From Monocercomonoides exilis PA203 (lineage: Eukaryota; Protista; Preaxostyla): 64,000 nucleotides of DNA. This document shows, piece by piece, positions 1 to 12,737 of this stretch. The notes under the pieces are model-generated. The model searched no databases, had not been told where the DNA came from, and saw only the letters and a program-made list of their open reading frames with translations. Location of the stretch: NCBI GenBank assembly GCA_001643675.2, contig LSRY02000015.1:372001-436000 (forward strand). Reading direction: 5' to 3'. Position 1 is the first letter of the stretch; every line of letters begins with the position of its first letter. The position numbers were made by a program, and so were the translations under genes.

Positions 1-37
1 GAGGGATTCTGTACAGTCAGGAGAAGAGGAGGAGACG

Positions 38-2100
38 TTGCAAGTGGATGACGATGAACATTGCCACAGCCTCCGCCAACAACACTACTACCACCGCCAT
101 CATATTTTGAGATACGAGCGGACTAGCGATAGCGAAGATGCAAATGAGAGTGGAAATGAAGATGGAGAAGACAGAAGTGGAGATGAAAAAGAAAGTGGAA
201 CGGGAGAGAGCATGGAGCATGAAGAGCAGGGTGGAGCGAGGCAGAGCAGAATGACGAAAGAAGCGGAAAAGGAAACACAGCAAAAAGACCAAGACAATGT
301 CCAGGACGAGGGGCACGGGGATGAAGGGGAGAAGGAGCGAGAGAAATTTGAGGGGGAAGCTGAAGCACAAAATGGATCCACAGGAGACGGATTAGGAGAG
401 CCGCTGCAGGCAACGTCTCCGAGCTCACCAGAACTGGATGAGCTTGAGCCATATCGCTTCCATCCGCGGCCAGTGCGGCACAAAGCAAGCGAAGAGAAGG
501 GGCAGCGTCTTTCATTTATCACGACATTGGAGCCATCGGCAGCCACAGTATCTCATTTTCTGTTTGGCTCGCTGACATCGTGGACAAGTTGATTTGGCGT
601 GGAGCCGAAGATAGGACTTGGGGCATCAGATGGATGAAAGAGCGGAGGAGAAGGCCAAGAGCGTTGGACAGAGAGAACGAGCGGAGAGCAGACGGAAAGA
701 AGTGATGGGTTCGGGGGATGTCCCACTTCTGCGCCTGAGCCAGGTGAAGCGGGCTGAGAAATCGCATCGGGAAAAGAGAGGAACGCCAGAATGCAGAAGG
801 GCACTGACGCCAATGCGGGAGAGGGAGAAATTTCAACAAAAACGAGGCAGAAACAGACATGATAAAAACAACAGTTGGGAGTTTTTTCGCACACGTATTG
901 TTCATAAGCTGCTTCGAACATAACTTTCCACAGCGACATGCACATTTTCAGATCAATAGACAATTTCACTTATATTTTGAGTTTTTCTTATCTCGATAGT
1001 GGAATTTGAATCTACACAGAACAAATGCTTGAAATAATCTGAAAACGCGAACTTATAAACTTTTTCTTTTGCAAATACGAGCCAATTGAGCAGGCATTAT
1101 CAATCATTTTTCCTGCGCACCTGTCTTTCTCACATTGCTCCCACCTTTTGCTCTCCTTGAGCATTTTACTGCATCTGATATCGAAGGCATTGCTGAACAT
1201 ATGGGGAATTAATGGAAGAACACTCTTTTTAAACTCGCCAACGACAGCATTTCTGTTGGCTCTGCTGACAGACGCTCTTTCACAACCTCTTCAAGATTCC
1301 ACCACTTATCTCCCATCCTCGGCCTCTTCATATTACCGATCTCCCTCCATGTCGCGTCCACTCAAATTCGCCAAACAATATTTTCAGCATCGCATGCACC
1401 TGCATCGTCTACTCAATTGAAAACTCTATCTCCTTCTTTGTTTCATGTTTTAAACGTCTTGCTTAAAGAAGAGGAAGTTGCAAAAAAGGTTGTTAGAACA
1501 CAATGTTTCAAATTAAAACGTGAACCGAATGCCGTTATCAAAGATAGGCAAAGTGAACACATCTCGGAGAGGGAAAAATAATTTCTGAGCTGTGGAGAAT
1601 AGGAGCAATGAATATATATAAATGTGTATGAATCAATGTTTGATAAGAATAAGAAGAAGAAGAGAAGAAGGAGGTGGAAGGAGCAGCAGAAAGAGAGATA
1701 TTGAACGTAGAAGAAGTGTATGAAGCTTGCAGCAGCTCTGGATAATATACACATCAAGCTTGCTTATTGGTGCGAGAAGATAGCAAATCTTGAAGAATAC
1801 GCACTGAAAAAGGAAGAAAGAAGCATTGCTGGACAGCTGGATATGGAAGTGACATGGGAGAGATGGAAAAAATGGATGATGGCTTGCTTTCGAGCAGAAG
1901 AAACAGAAAAGAAGAGACGGAGGAGGATGGGGATATGGCTTGATATCAGAGGGATTGGTATAAAAATTGGCGTCATGGGCGAAACGGGAACAATTTTGAG
2001 AACTATGGAAGTTACATAACAACAGTAGCACCAAATGCAGATGAAACAGATGGACCTTTCTCTGATCCAGTCACAAAACATATACAGCTTAAGTTGGTTC
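38..2100 (+). pseudogene. Decayed or fragmented coding-like sequence, E/K/D-rich hypothetical protein
   Basis: GC and purine bias typical of coding DNA. Successive short + ORFs (38-592, 618-923, 1720-2019) are broken by stops. No recognisable domain. Confidence 0.3.
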
Positions 2101-4805
2101 AATTTGAGAGAACGAAAAAGACGAAATTAACAATATCTACCAATTATAATTGCTGCTGAAGAAAAAGAAGAAGAAGAAAGAGGGGCTAATTGTCGATTAT
2201 CCTGGAAGAGAATGAGAGGAAAGCGCGTCTGCAGCGTTCGTTGTGTAGTGGATGTTTGATGGGAGTGACGGAGAAGATTCCGAAGAGGATGAGATAGACA
2301 TCTTCCGATACTCGCAACATGTATGGAATACTTAGAGCGCTTACCACAATGGCTATCAACACGTGTCAACGCAGCTGCTTCCGTCTGGTTCTCAACGTGT
2401 GATGAACTTGTTCAAAAGAAAGCAGCAACACGAGCAGCGGATGGAGATTGTACAGGTGAACATTGATTGCTCACTGTTTATTTCGTGTACGGTGCGGTAA
2501 GTGAAAACGAATCTGTTCAATGAACAGAATGAGAAGTCGATTTGGAATAGCGGGTCGTAGGCAACGGATGAGAATTTTGACGCGAATGAGAAGCACCAGC
2601 CTTCTGTGGAATTCTGCTGATTCAGCTGTGGTGAATGGACATTAGTCATGGTGCAGTTGGTGAAGGAGATGGAGAGGGCGGGGGAGTTAGCAATTAATGA
2701 AGAAATGAAAGAAGAAAGAAGAGGAAGTGCAGGATGAGGGGAATGAATTTCTTTGGCGATTAATGAGCGAAAGAGTGAGTATGCAGAATGAGAATATGAA
2801 AGAAATAATAAAAGAAAATTATAGATGAAGAACTAATGGTATAGAGAAGAAAATTTGAACGCCAAATAATCAGGAAAATAGAAAGAGATAATTAATTTGA
2901 ATCAGTTGTTATTCTTGGAAATATTTCCTTTTCCACAGTTCCATCTTTTGTTTTGCTGTTGAAGCTGAAGCACCAAACTGGAATAATGATTTTGTGATAT
3001 TGAAGCCAAAGAAACTAAAGATAACAAACTATTGTCGTTATTTGAAAATCATAAAAATAATAATTTTAATAAAATTCCAAACTTTTCCAATGTTTTTTGT
3101 TTTTATTTTCCAATTTTCGGTATTGCAAAGTTAGTCTTGAAACTTCTATTTTTTTCTGAAGTTTTATTTATTTATTTTTGGCTAATTTTTAATTAACTTG
3201 ATCAAAAAAAATTCTTTTTCACTAAAAACATAAAAAAGGTATGTTTTTTTGTTCACATAAATTTTACAAATATATATGACAGAAATAAAAGCATAATACT
3301 TTTAAAAAACTTATTAAAACCTTTGATCAATAAATACCACTATAGATTTTATTTTTTCGATTTTTGATCTTTTTTTATGATTTCAAAAAAAATCACCCAT
3401 ATGCATCATTGATCATAAAGCAAGATTCAAAGTGCATGCTCAGCTTTTGCTATATCGGAAAAGCAAAAGACATGGTATCAAGCATTAGATAAAAATAATC
3501 ACATTATTTTTATCCAGACTTGGATATGGTTTGATATCTCCCAGGTGCACTTTTTAATCTGATCCGATTGGTTTATTGAGAATCAATGATTTTGTAAGAT
3601 AATGACCCAAAAGTTTCATATAAGCTGCTCCAAATGTTCATTCTAAATCTATAAAAACACGTTAATGAAAAGTCGTGAATGTTTGTGGAATCGAAAATCA
3701 ATTTCTGTTGACGATTAAAAAAAATTTTTGATATTGGTGAGGAAATGTTATTTGTGCATTTTTTGACGTCATTTGAAAATGCAATTTCAATATTGATCTT
3801 TGCAGAGAATGAGACAGTGTGCGAAGTGTAACTTATTGCAAATTCAAATCCATCTTCAAGTCTCTATTTTAATGAATAAGAAGGATTTCTTGTGGGATGC
3901 AAAGATGTCGAACAAGAATGCTGTAGAAATTATTTTTCACAGTTCTTTCTTTCAATTTTGATGTTTGATTGTTGAATAATCTTTTGAAGGAAAATTAGTT
4001 GACAGTTAATGGAAATATCTTTAAAGAAAAGGTTTTCTTGTGACTCAAAAGATTTAAAGCTTATTTGGAAATTTGTCATCAAGCAATTTTCAACATTGCA
4101 TGGATTGATAATTATTTTTCAAATGTTAATCATTTTGTTTCAATTGAGATCAACTTTTGAAGAATTGACCACTTTCATCAAATACATCATAATATTTCTT
4201 TTCATGAAAACATTTTCAACCTTCATGTTTCATCACTCGATCGAAACTGTTTTTGGAATGATCTGATTTGCCAATTCATCACTTCGATTACGAGCATCGA
4301 ATAATTAATTTTTTAAAAATAATTCATATATATTTGTTTAAAACATCATCAAAATCTACACGAATTGATAATCAACTTGAAATGTAAAATAGTAGTATTT
4401 TTGAATTGTTAACAAATACTATTTGTTAATTTTCATGCATTGTATCATCATCTTTTCCTTTGTTGTCTTGTATACTCAACTTCTTTTTATCGTCCTCTCC
4501 GCTTTATTTTCGTATCCTTCAACCTTTTTTGAATTGTCTTCTGTTATCTTTTCTTCACATCTTCTTCAACTCTCCTCTCTTATTTCAACGTTTTCTTCCT
4601 ATTCTCTCTGATTCTTCATTCCTTTCAATCTTCTTCTTTTTCCTTATCTTCATCTTCTCTATTCTCGATCATTATCACTATCATCATTATCGTCGTCATC
4701 ATCTTTATCTTTATCATTTTCTATTTCTTTCTCTTTTTCCATTGGAATATCATCATCAATTTTTATTTTCAAAATAAATTTAAAAAAATTTACCAGAATG
4801 TTCAT

Positions 4806-5737
4806 TTGGCTGTTGAATACAGAGACAAGAAGGAAGAAACAGCGCTTTTGAAGATGATTGAGAAGGCAAAAGAAGAAGAAGAAAGAGAAGAAGAAGAGAA
4901 AAGACGAGCAGAGGCCGAAGAGAAAGCAGCAGAAGAGAATGAAGAGAAAGGTGCAAGTTACACAGGAAGTGTGAAGAGCTATGCAAGCACAGGAACAGCC
5001 GACAGCTCAAATGCCTCAATCAACTCGTCACAAGCAGCTGCATCTGCATTGAGATCCCCAAAGACATCTCTTATTTCTTCTTCTTCTTCTTCCTCTCCTG
5101 CTGCACATTTATCCACTTCCTCTTCCAACTCATTCTCAACTTCCTCTTCCTTCTTCCTTGGTGGTACACTACGTGGTGAGTCTTTCTTCACTCGGAAGCT
5201 TCTCTATACAGGTCCTCTTCTCTCTGTTGGAGGCAGTTCGGGTGCACAGACACTGAAGACGAGCTATCTGCAGTCTCTTCAGGCGAAGCTTAAGCAGAAC
5301 ACGAAGGCAGCAATGGACAAAGAGCGGATGAAGGCAGCGAGAGAGGAAGGAGGAATGAGAGGAGGCGAGAGAGAAGGAGGGGAAGAAGAGAGAGGAGAGA
5401 GATAGAGAGAGGGCGATCTGGGTGCATCAGGAGAAAGAGAGAAGTGGAGAAAAAGACATTGCGGAACGTATGAGGAGGAAATGGGGTGTGTATGGAGTGA
5501 GTGGAGTGTATGAGGAAGAAGCAGATATCGAGTACTATGCGAAGGAAAGAGTGCTTTTGTTGAGGAAGAAAAGAATTGTGGCTGATGGGAAAGGCGAGGC
5601 AGCAGTTGTGAGAAGTGTGTTTGCGGAAAATGTGCAGTTTTTGTATGGAAAAATGCTGGACGAAGAGGAAAACACGCGAAAGGAGGAGATTCTGAGAACT
5701 GTTGAGGAAGTGGAGAGAAGGAATGCAGAGAAGGAGA

Positions 5738-5825
<88 letters not shown>

Positions 5826-6250
5826 CAGAAAGCATCGCTGGCAATGCTTTCGAAGGAGAAAGGGAAGAACGACGAAGGCGATGATGATTATCCATTGCCT
5901 CCGAACTTTGGTAGGAATACAGCTGTGCTCAGCAGAGATGCTCTGAAGGAGTCTTCTGCTCGTTCGATAGCCGTGGCTGAACCCAAGGACACGAGAGTGC
6001 ACTCGCAACTGCAGACACTACTGGAGAAGGCGCAGGAGATGGAGCGGAAGGAGAAAGAGAAGGCAGCAATCGAAAGGGAAAAGAGGAAGGAGCTGTCGAT
6101 GGACGACGAAAGTGTGCTGCACTCGCTCAAAGGAAGAGACATTGGAGATGGAAGAATGCTGGCTGGACAGTCTAAACAGAATGGGAATGATAACTCTGCT
6201 GATCAGCCTACACAATTTCCAAGCACTTCTTTGATTCCCTCTTCTTCTTC
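4806..6250 (+). pseudogene. Disrupted hypothetical charged low-complexity protein
   Basis: Consecutive + ORFs 4806-5405, 5422-5946 and 5844 onward with a consistent E/K/R/S-rich composition, broken by a stop at 5403-5405 and by the (GA)n tract. Confidence 0.35.
5740..5822. repeat. (GA)n microsatellite, ~41 units
   Basis: Perfect dinucleotide run seen directly. Confidence 0.97.
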
Positions 6251-6436
6251 TTCCTTTTTTCTTTGTTCTTCTTCCTTTCGAAGTCTTTCTTTCAATCTTT
6301 CAATCTTCCTTTCTATCTATCTATCTATCTTTCTATCTATCAATTTATTTATCTTTCTTTTCTTTCATTTTCTTCTTTTTCATTCTTATTCTTTTTTTTA
6401 TTATTTCCTTTTTCTTTTTCTCTTTCTCTCCTCTCT

Positions 6437-6544
6437 TTCTTCTTCTTCTTCTTCTTCTTCTTCTTCTTCTTCTTCTTCTTCTTCTTCTTCTTCTTCTTCT
6501 TCTTCTTCTTCTTCTTCTTCTTCTTCTTCTTCTTCTTCTTCTTC
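6437..6544. repeat. (TCT)n microsatellite, ~36 units
   Basis: Perfect trinucleotide run seen directly. Confidence 0.97.
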
Positions 6545-7901
6545 AACAAATGGAAGATTTTCTTTGTGTTCAACTCAAAATGTCTTCGCTAATGTCTCTT
6601 CTTCCACAAATCCTGCTCTTCCTCTTTCTTCTTCTTCTTCTTCTTCTTCTTCTCTCCACTTCTTCTTTTTGCTTCAACCTTCTTTTCCTTCTCTCTTTAT
6701 TTTTTTCTCTCTCTCTTTTCTTTTTTTTTCTCTCTTTTCTTATTCTTCTTTCTTTTTCTTCTCTCTTTATCTTTTTTCCTTTCAACTTCTTTCCTGTTAT
6801 CTTTTTTTTATGCAGCTATTCTATTTCCATATGTTTGTGAATTCAACTATTAAACCTCAAGCATCTTTCATTTAATACTTTCTTCTCTCATCTTTTCCTT
6901 AATCTTGTTTTTTTTTCTTCATATTTTTTTTTCCTTTAAACTTCAATTAAAAAAAAACGACATCCCCTTAAAATTGTTCGAAAGATTCATTCATTCTTTT
7001 CGGCTTCAAATTTTTCAATCTTTCATTAACTAAGTCATTGAATGTCACGGGAAAAAAATAAATTTATGAATTTTCAATAAAAAACAAAAATTAAATCATT
7101 ACAAAGATCAAAGCTATTTGTTTCAAACAGAATGATTGAAATATATATTGTATGTAAAATGCTGAATGAAATAAAAGACAAATGAAAAGAAGGAAAATAA
7201 TACGATACAAAAAAGTTCAAATCATCAAAAATCAAAAACAAAACCATATCCAGCATGCAACACCTGTGGAAACTTCTAATTCTTCTTCCGATCTTCTATG
7301 CTTGTTGTCGTTGCTATATTGCTTATCTCGAGAAATCTTAAAAAAATTTGAAAAGAATGAAAAGCTTCCATTCATGTGTGTTCATGAACAATTATATATT
7401 TTAAGAAAATGAAACTTATTAAAGATTGAAAATTTATATTTTTCGAACATCAAAAAGTTTGCACGACCGAATAATACTCAGCAAAAAAGAAAATGCTTTA
7501 CATACGAACAATTATGGTTATTTTCGAAAATTGAATCAATCCAAATTTGCGTATTAAAAATATTACAGAAAATGATGTTTTATCATATTAATTAATTTCC
7601 AATGCGTTTAAAAAGTTGTCCCACAAAGATTCAAAAAAAGATCAAACATTGAACGAGATTATCATCTCAAAAAAAATTTCCCATATGTGGAGAAACGGAC
7701 AAACGCAAATGAAATCAATGATCTCACCCATTATTTTTTTATTTTTCGCATTTTTAAAACTGAACATGACAGACGAAGTTTCGCCAAGTAACAATAATTT
7801 TTAAATAATTAGAAATAGTGAGCTTTTCATATACTGTTTGCATTTTTGCTCAACTCGTCTGTCAACTAGATTATATCTCGCCCATTTTCCGTGATTATTT
7901 G

Positions 7902-8179
7902 CATATGGGCGAAAATACCAACTTTCAAGCTTTTTTTTGCAAAAAGCACAGAAAAATTGATTCACTTATAACTTTATTTCACTTTCTCAGATTTCAAAAT
8001 AAATTTGATTTACATAAACGAAAACAGGCATCATTGAAATTAAAACATTAAAAATTGTGGCATATAACGTATATCGAAAAATGACACATTTTTATTATGT
8101 TTTTTGATCTCAAAAAATCAATGAAAAGTGCATAGTTTTTCAATGAAAATGCCTGAAGAAAAATATCTTGCCCCATATA
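7902..8179 (-). mobile_element. ~280-bp dispersed repeat / MITE-like element, copy 1
   Basis: Ends CATATGGGCGAAAATA...TATCTTGCCCCATAT form imperfect terminal inverted repeats. Internal blocks (ACTTTCAAGC, CAGATTTCAAAATA, AATGAAAATGCCTGAAG) are shared with three other copies in the window. Confidence 0.7.
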
Positions 8180-8499
8180 GTGTTTGTTTATGAATAAATT
8201 AAAATCACTCATGTGAATAAAAATAGGAAGAAGCAACAAAAATTTGTTGATATAAAGAATACATTTCATATTCAAGAAATAAGAAAAGAAAAAGAAATGT
8301 CTAAAGATTCTGAAATGGAACGTTGAATTAACAAAAATAAAAAAGAAAAGAAAAAAAGAAGAATAACGATCATCTTTGTAATTATTTGTCTGCTTTCTTT
8401 GCTTTTTTAACTGTTTCTTCTCCACTTCTTCAAGCCGAACAACGTTTTAAAATGTTTCAACAGACAAGCGAATGACGTTATAACAATTTCTAATCACTT

Positions 8500-10385
8500 T
8501 TAATTGCTACAATCTCGACCTTCTTTTTGATGTGACTCAATTTCACACCAAAAGATCAGTTGATCTTCTTCACCGACTTCACTCACTTCTGCCTCTTCGA
8601 CTTTGTCAGCTGCATGAGAAGTGACAGCTTCTTCAGATATTACGAAGTCTTTCAATCCAAACGATGAACAGGTTTCTTTGTCATCACTTTCGATTTCACA
8701 GTCAATTGCACCAGCAAACATCTATTCGACTAATCTTTGGATGCCGAGCATAATTGCCATCCTTCGGAAAGTTGTTCCAAAGCGGCAGGGAGATCTGTCA
8801 CAGTGTGTGATCCAGAATGTGTTGGAAGGAGTGATGAAGCCACAAAAGAGATGGAACTGGTGGCACATCAGCCAGAAGCGAAAAGGCGAAAGGTTGAACG
8901 ACATGCAGGAAATGGTTCGTTATATGCGGGAGATGGAGCAGGAGATTCAAGCTGAGAATACGAGAGGAAAAGTGAAGGAATCATTTGCTAAGATCTGGGG
9001 CATTGCAACGAATGAATGCTTCAGAAGGAACAAGAGGAATCAGCAAATAGAGAGGATGAATTGTTCAGAAGGAGAGGTTACAGATTTCACTGTGGAAATA
9101 ACACCGATTGATAATGAATGCAGAAAGAAGATAAAAGGCTAACCAGAAGTGAAAAAGGCATAAGAAGATGAGTTGAAAGACGACTGAGACTCAAAAAATT
9201 ACGTGTTGTTGCAGTTCGCAACAGGGTGAGTGAATGATAGAGTTCGGATGGTAGTAGTGAGATGGAGATTCAGATGCAGCGAGAGAAAGAGTATGAGAAG
9301 CTGAGAGAAGCACCAATGGAAGCGAAGAAAAGGCAGCTGGAGATTGAAGAGTGATAGAGACAGAGAATAACGGAGCTGGAATGAAAAGTGAAAGAAAACA
9401 AGGCGATTGAGAAGATTCTGAGGGACGAGCAGAAGAAAATGGCAGATCAAGAAAAGCAGATGCGGAAGGAGGAGGATAAGATGCTTGCTGAGAAGCGAAA
9501 ACAGGAAGAGGCTGAACAGAGCAGAATCCAATTTGAACAGAAAGAGGAAGAAGCACGAAGATTGCAGGATGAGAAGAAGTTTAAGGAGATTCGCAACAAG
9601 CTGAAGAAAAAGCCGGCAGCTGAATGAGAAGTGGCTAAAGGTGCTTGCGATAACAGTGGCTTTGATGAATACAACAGCAAAAAATGAGCTGGCATTAGAG
9701 TTAGAATTCGAACAGTACTTTCTGGTGTTGGGAGATGCGCGGAAGAGAGCAGAGGATGAAATGCAAAAGGAGAAGGAGAGAGAAGGAGACTGTATTTGAG
9801 AGAAAGGGGGAGAGGGAGAGAAAGAAAAAGAGAGCTCGCTTTTGAAGAGGAGAAAAAAAAGAAAGCTCAGAAAGTTCAAACGATGCATCTTCCGACAGTG
9901 AATCTTCTTACACTTCTGCTTTGCTTCTATCTCCTTTTGATTCTCAGTCAACTGTTTATCCGATAACAGCTCCTTCTGCAACAATCGATGTTTCAATTCT
10001 CAACTCCATCACTGACAGAACCCAACAGACAACAAGATTTCAAAATAATCAGTCAATGAGATCAATTTCTCCATCGTCAGCGTATATGCATCATCACTCA
10101 ACAGCAATTCCTCCTGCGTATTCTCCTCCTCAACTTCTTGAGTCAATTTTGCCATTTTCACAGGCTTCGCTTCCATCAAATTCTGCGATCTTAACACACA
10201 ACAATCAATTATTGTTCTTTTCTTATTTCAAACTCGCTCTGTCTGCTGCTTCTTCTTCATTTGAAAGAAATACTTTTTTCATCAAATTTTCAACAACTCA
10301 TCAACTACAAGTTGGATTTGTTATGAACGAATTCAATAATATGAAAGGCGACTCTATGAAGTTTAATGGCAGTGGAGAATATTGA
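8500..10385 (+). pseudogene. Decayed coding-like fragments (coiled-coil, E/K-rich)
   Basis: + ORFs 8621-9142, 9388-9627 and 9921-10385 in coding-like composition, interrupted by stops. No recognisable domain. Confidence 0.3.
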
Positions 10386-10807
10386 TCATTTAAAGATTAA
10401 CAAATAATAGAACAGGCAGTTGAAACGAAATCCAGACAACATAGCTTTATTTTTCAAAATTTTCCATTTTTCAATTGTCAGAACTGAAACAGAATGCTTT
10501 CATGTATTTATCCAATATATTTGCTTTTCAATTTTATTTTAATTTGTGGTTTTGAGAAATTTGCTATTTCTCGTTTCATCTTCCAAAGTCAAAATATAAG
10601 TTTTGTTTTCAGAAACATCCAATTTTTGTTTTAAGCTTTATTGGTTGTTGTTTCATCTGAAAAGAATTTTCAGAAAAGTTTAACTTCAAATTTCTTTTAT
10701 TCAAAAATGTTTTGAAATCGAATTTTCATGTTGGAAAAAAAATTCAGGTATATAATAAAAAAAATCCGATGAATTAAATTCATTTTGAATCTCAGATTTT
10801 CAATTTG

Positions 10808-10859
<52 letters not shown>
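10808..10859 (+). repeat. 52-nt poly(A) tract
   Basis: Seen directly. Confidence 0.95.
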
Positions 10860-10860
<1 letters not shown>

Positions 10861-11232
10861 ATACATCCGATCACATGAAGAAAGTTGCATCGTCACATTT
10901 GAAATCATTATTTGTAATTTTTCTATGAAAAAACAGATTTTTTGATTTCTTAAAATTATGTTCAAATAAGTCTAAATGATGCAAATTAGTGAAAAAAATT
11001 GTTGTTAATGTTGAAAAAAGTGTTATTGGAAGAATTTCCGAAATAAAAAAATCGATGCAAAAATTTTATTTATTTATTGATTTCTATTTTTTTCTGTGAT
11101 ATGTTTCATCGTGTATTATCACAAACGGATGTAGTTTCAAAAAGTTGTACAAAACACAATGTGGTTGTCCACTGCTTGAATTTTTTTTCCCTATCACTCT
11201 CACTTTAAAACAGATGGAAAATACTTTGTGAT

Positions 11233-11438
11233 AAGTTCCTTTTGTTTTATTTTCCAAAAAAATATAAATGTCATATTTTGATCAAATTTCTGTTCCCGCT
11301 CAAGAAATTTCACTAAAATGGAAGCAATATCTTGACAATGTTATTATTTCCATTTTAGTGAAATTTTGTGAGTGGGAACAGAAAATTGATGAATTTATGA
11401 AATTTTAATTTTTATTGAAAATTAAACAAAAGGAACTT
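11233..11438. repeat. ~205-bp imperfect palindrome (foldback/MITE-like)
   Basis: Outer arms AAGTTCCTTTTGTTT / AAACAAAAGGAACTT. Inner arms TTTCTGTTCCCGCTCAAGAAATTTCACTAAAATGGAA / TTCCATTTTAGTGAAATTTTGTGAGTGGGAACAGAAA. Confidence 0.85.
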
Positions 11439-11454
11439 TTCGAAAAAATTTTGA

Positions 11455-11734
11455 CATATGGGACAAAATATTTGACTTCAGGCATTTTCTATGAAAAATT
11501 ATACACCAAAGATGCACTTTTTGTGACCACAAAATAAAAAAATAAATGGGTTTATCTTTTGAAACACGTTTGAGATTACAAAACATTTTGTAATTACATC
11601 AATGGTGTTTGTTTACAGTAATGAAACTCAAATATATTTTGAAATCTGGTTAACTTTAATAATGTTATAATGGAAACAATTTTTTTCATGCTTTGTGCAT
11701 AAAAAGCTTGAAAGTCCGTATTTTCCCCCATATA
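11455..11734 (+). mobile_element. ~280-bp dispersed repeat / MITE-like element, copy 2
   Basis: CATATGGGACAAAATATTTGACTTCAGGCATTTTC ... GTGCATAAAAAGCTTGAAAGTCCGTATTTTCCCCCATAT; reverse-complement homologue of copy 1. Confidence 0.75.
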
Positions 11735-11929
11735 GAAGAAAAATCACAAACTTATCATATCGAAAGTGTTGATTTTGTGAAAATAGTTATTATTTTTGTT
11801 GTTATTTTCCATTATAACAAAATTATTATTGTTATTCAAGCTTCAGAAAAAGAAAAGCCCAATGTTTTTTTAATTACTGTATTTTTTCCCCCCAAAATTG
11901 TTTCATTTGTTTTTTAAAAGCGATACACA

Positions 11930-12737
11930 AAAAATAATTCTTATACGAAAATTAATAATTCAATTTCGTAATTAATAAATACGATTTCGAAAAAGATGAA
12001 TCCAATTTTTAAATTCATATATAACTGAAATTTTAATTTATCTTGACAATGGATTTCAGAAAATATTAAATTTTTTTTTTACCAATTAAATATTATTGCT
12101 TGAAGAAAACCGTTTTTTGATTGAAACAATCAATAAATCAATTTTTTGAATTTTTAGAATTTTCGAAAATTATCACTATGATGATAAATTAATTGCAAAT
12201 AATTCATTATTTTAAATAACCAATTTATAATAGCAAATTATCAATAACATTTTATTGAATAACAATAAACTAGAATTTTTTCACCAATAGTTTTTAAAGT
12301 TTTTTTGGTGAAAAAATAGAAAAACATCAATTTTTTATGTGAATTTAAATTTTATTTTCGTTTTGAAAAACTTCTAAAAAAGAAATACACATCGAAAATG
12401 AATGAAAATTTGGAAATGAAAATGCATCATTTTACAAATATAGATAAACAAAGTGAACTGCTGAAAAAAAATAAGGAGAATTTTAACGTCAAACACAAGT
12501 TATTCATTACACATGTCAAAAAATTTCCGTTTCGAAGTTGAATTATTCTTTTTCGAAATCGAATAAATAAATTACGAAATTGAAAAATTAACTTTGATTT
12601 TGAATTATCAGCTAACAATTCGAATAATCCTATTTCGAAATTTATATATTAATTCCGAAATCGAATTATTTTTTTTCGAAATTGAAATAAAAATTACGAA
12701 ATTGAATTATTTTTTTTCGAATAAGAATTATTTTTGG
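11930..12737. repeat. ~800-bp segment bounded by inverted arrays of a ~20-bp motif (TTCGAAATYGAATTATT-like)
   Basis: 11930-11995 is an imperfect reverse complement of ~12670-12737. About 9-10 degenerate tandem copies of the motif lie at 12520-12737. Confidence 0.55.

Noticed and set aside
5290-6875. ORFs with poly-SL, poly-ER, poly-F, poly-K or poly-S
   Set aside because: They are produced by the (GA)n and (TCT)n microsatellites.
12520-12737. CRISPR-like array
   Set aside because: The repeats are degenerate and adjacent, there are no unique spacers or cas genes, and the context is eukaryotic.
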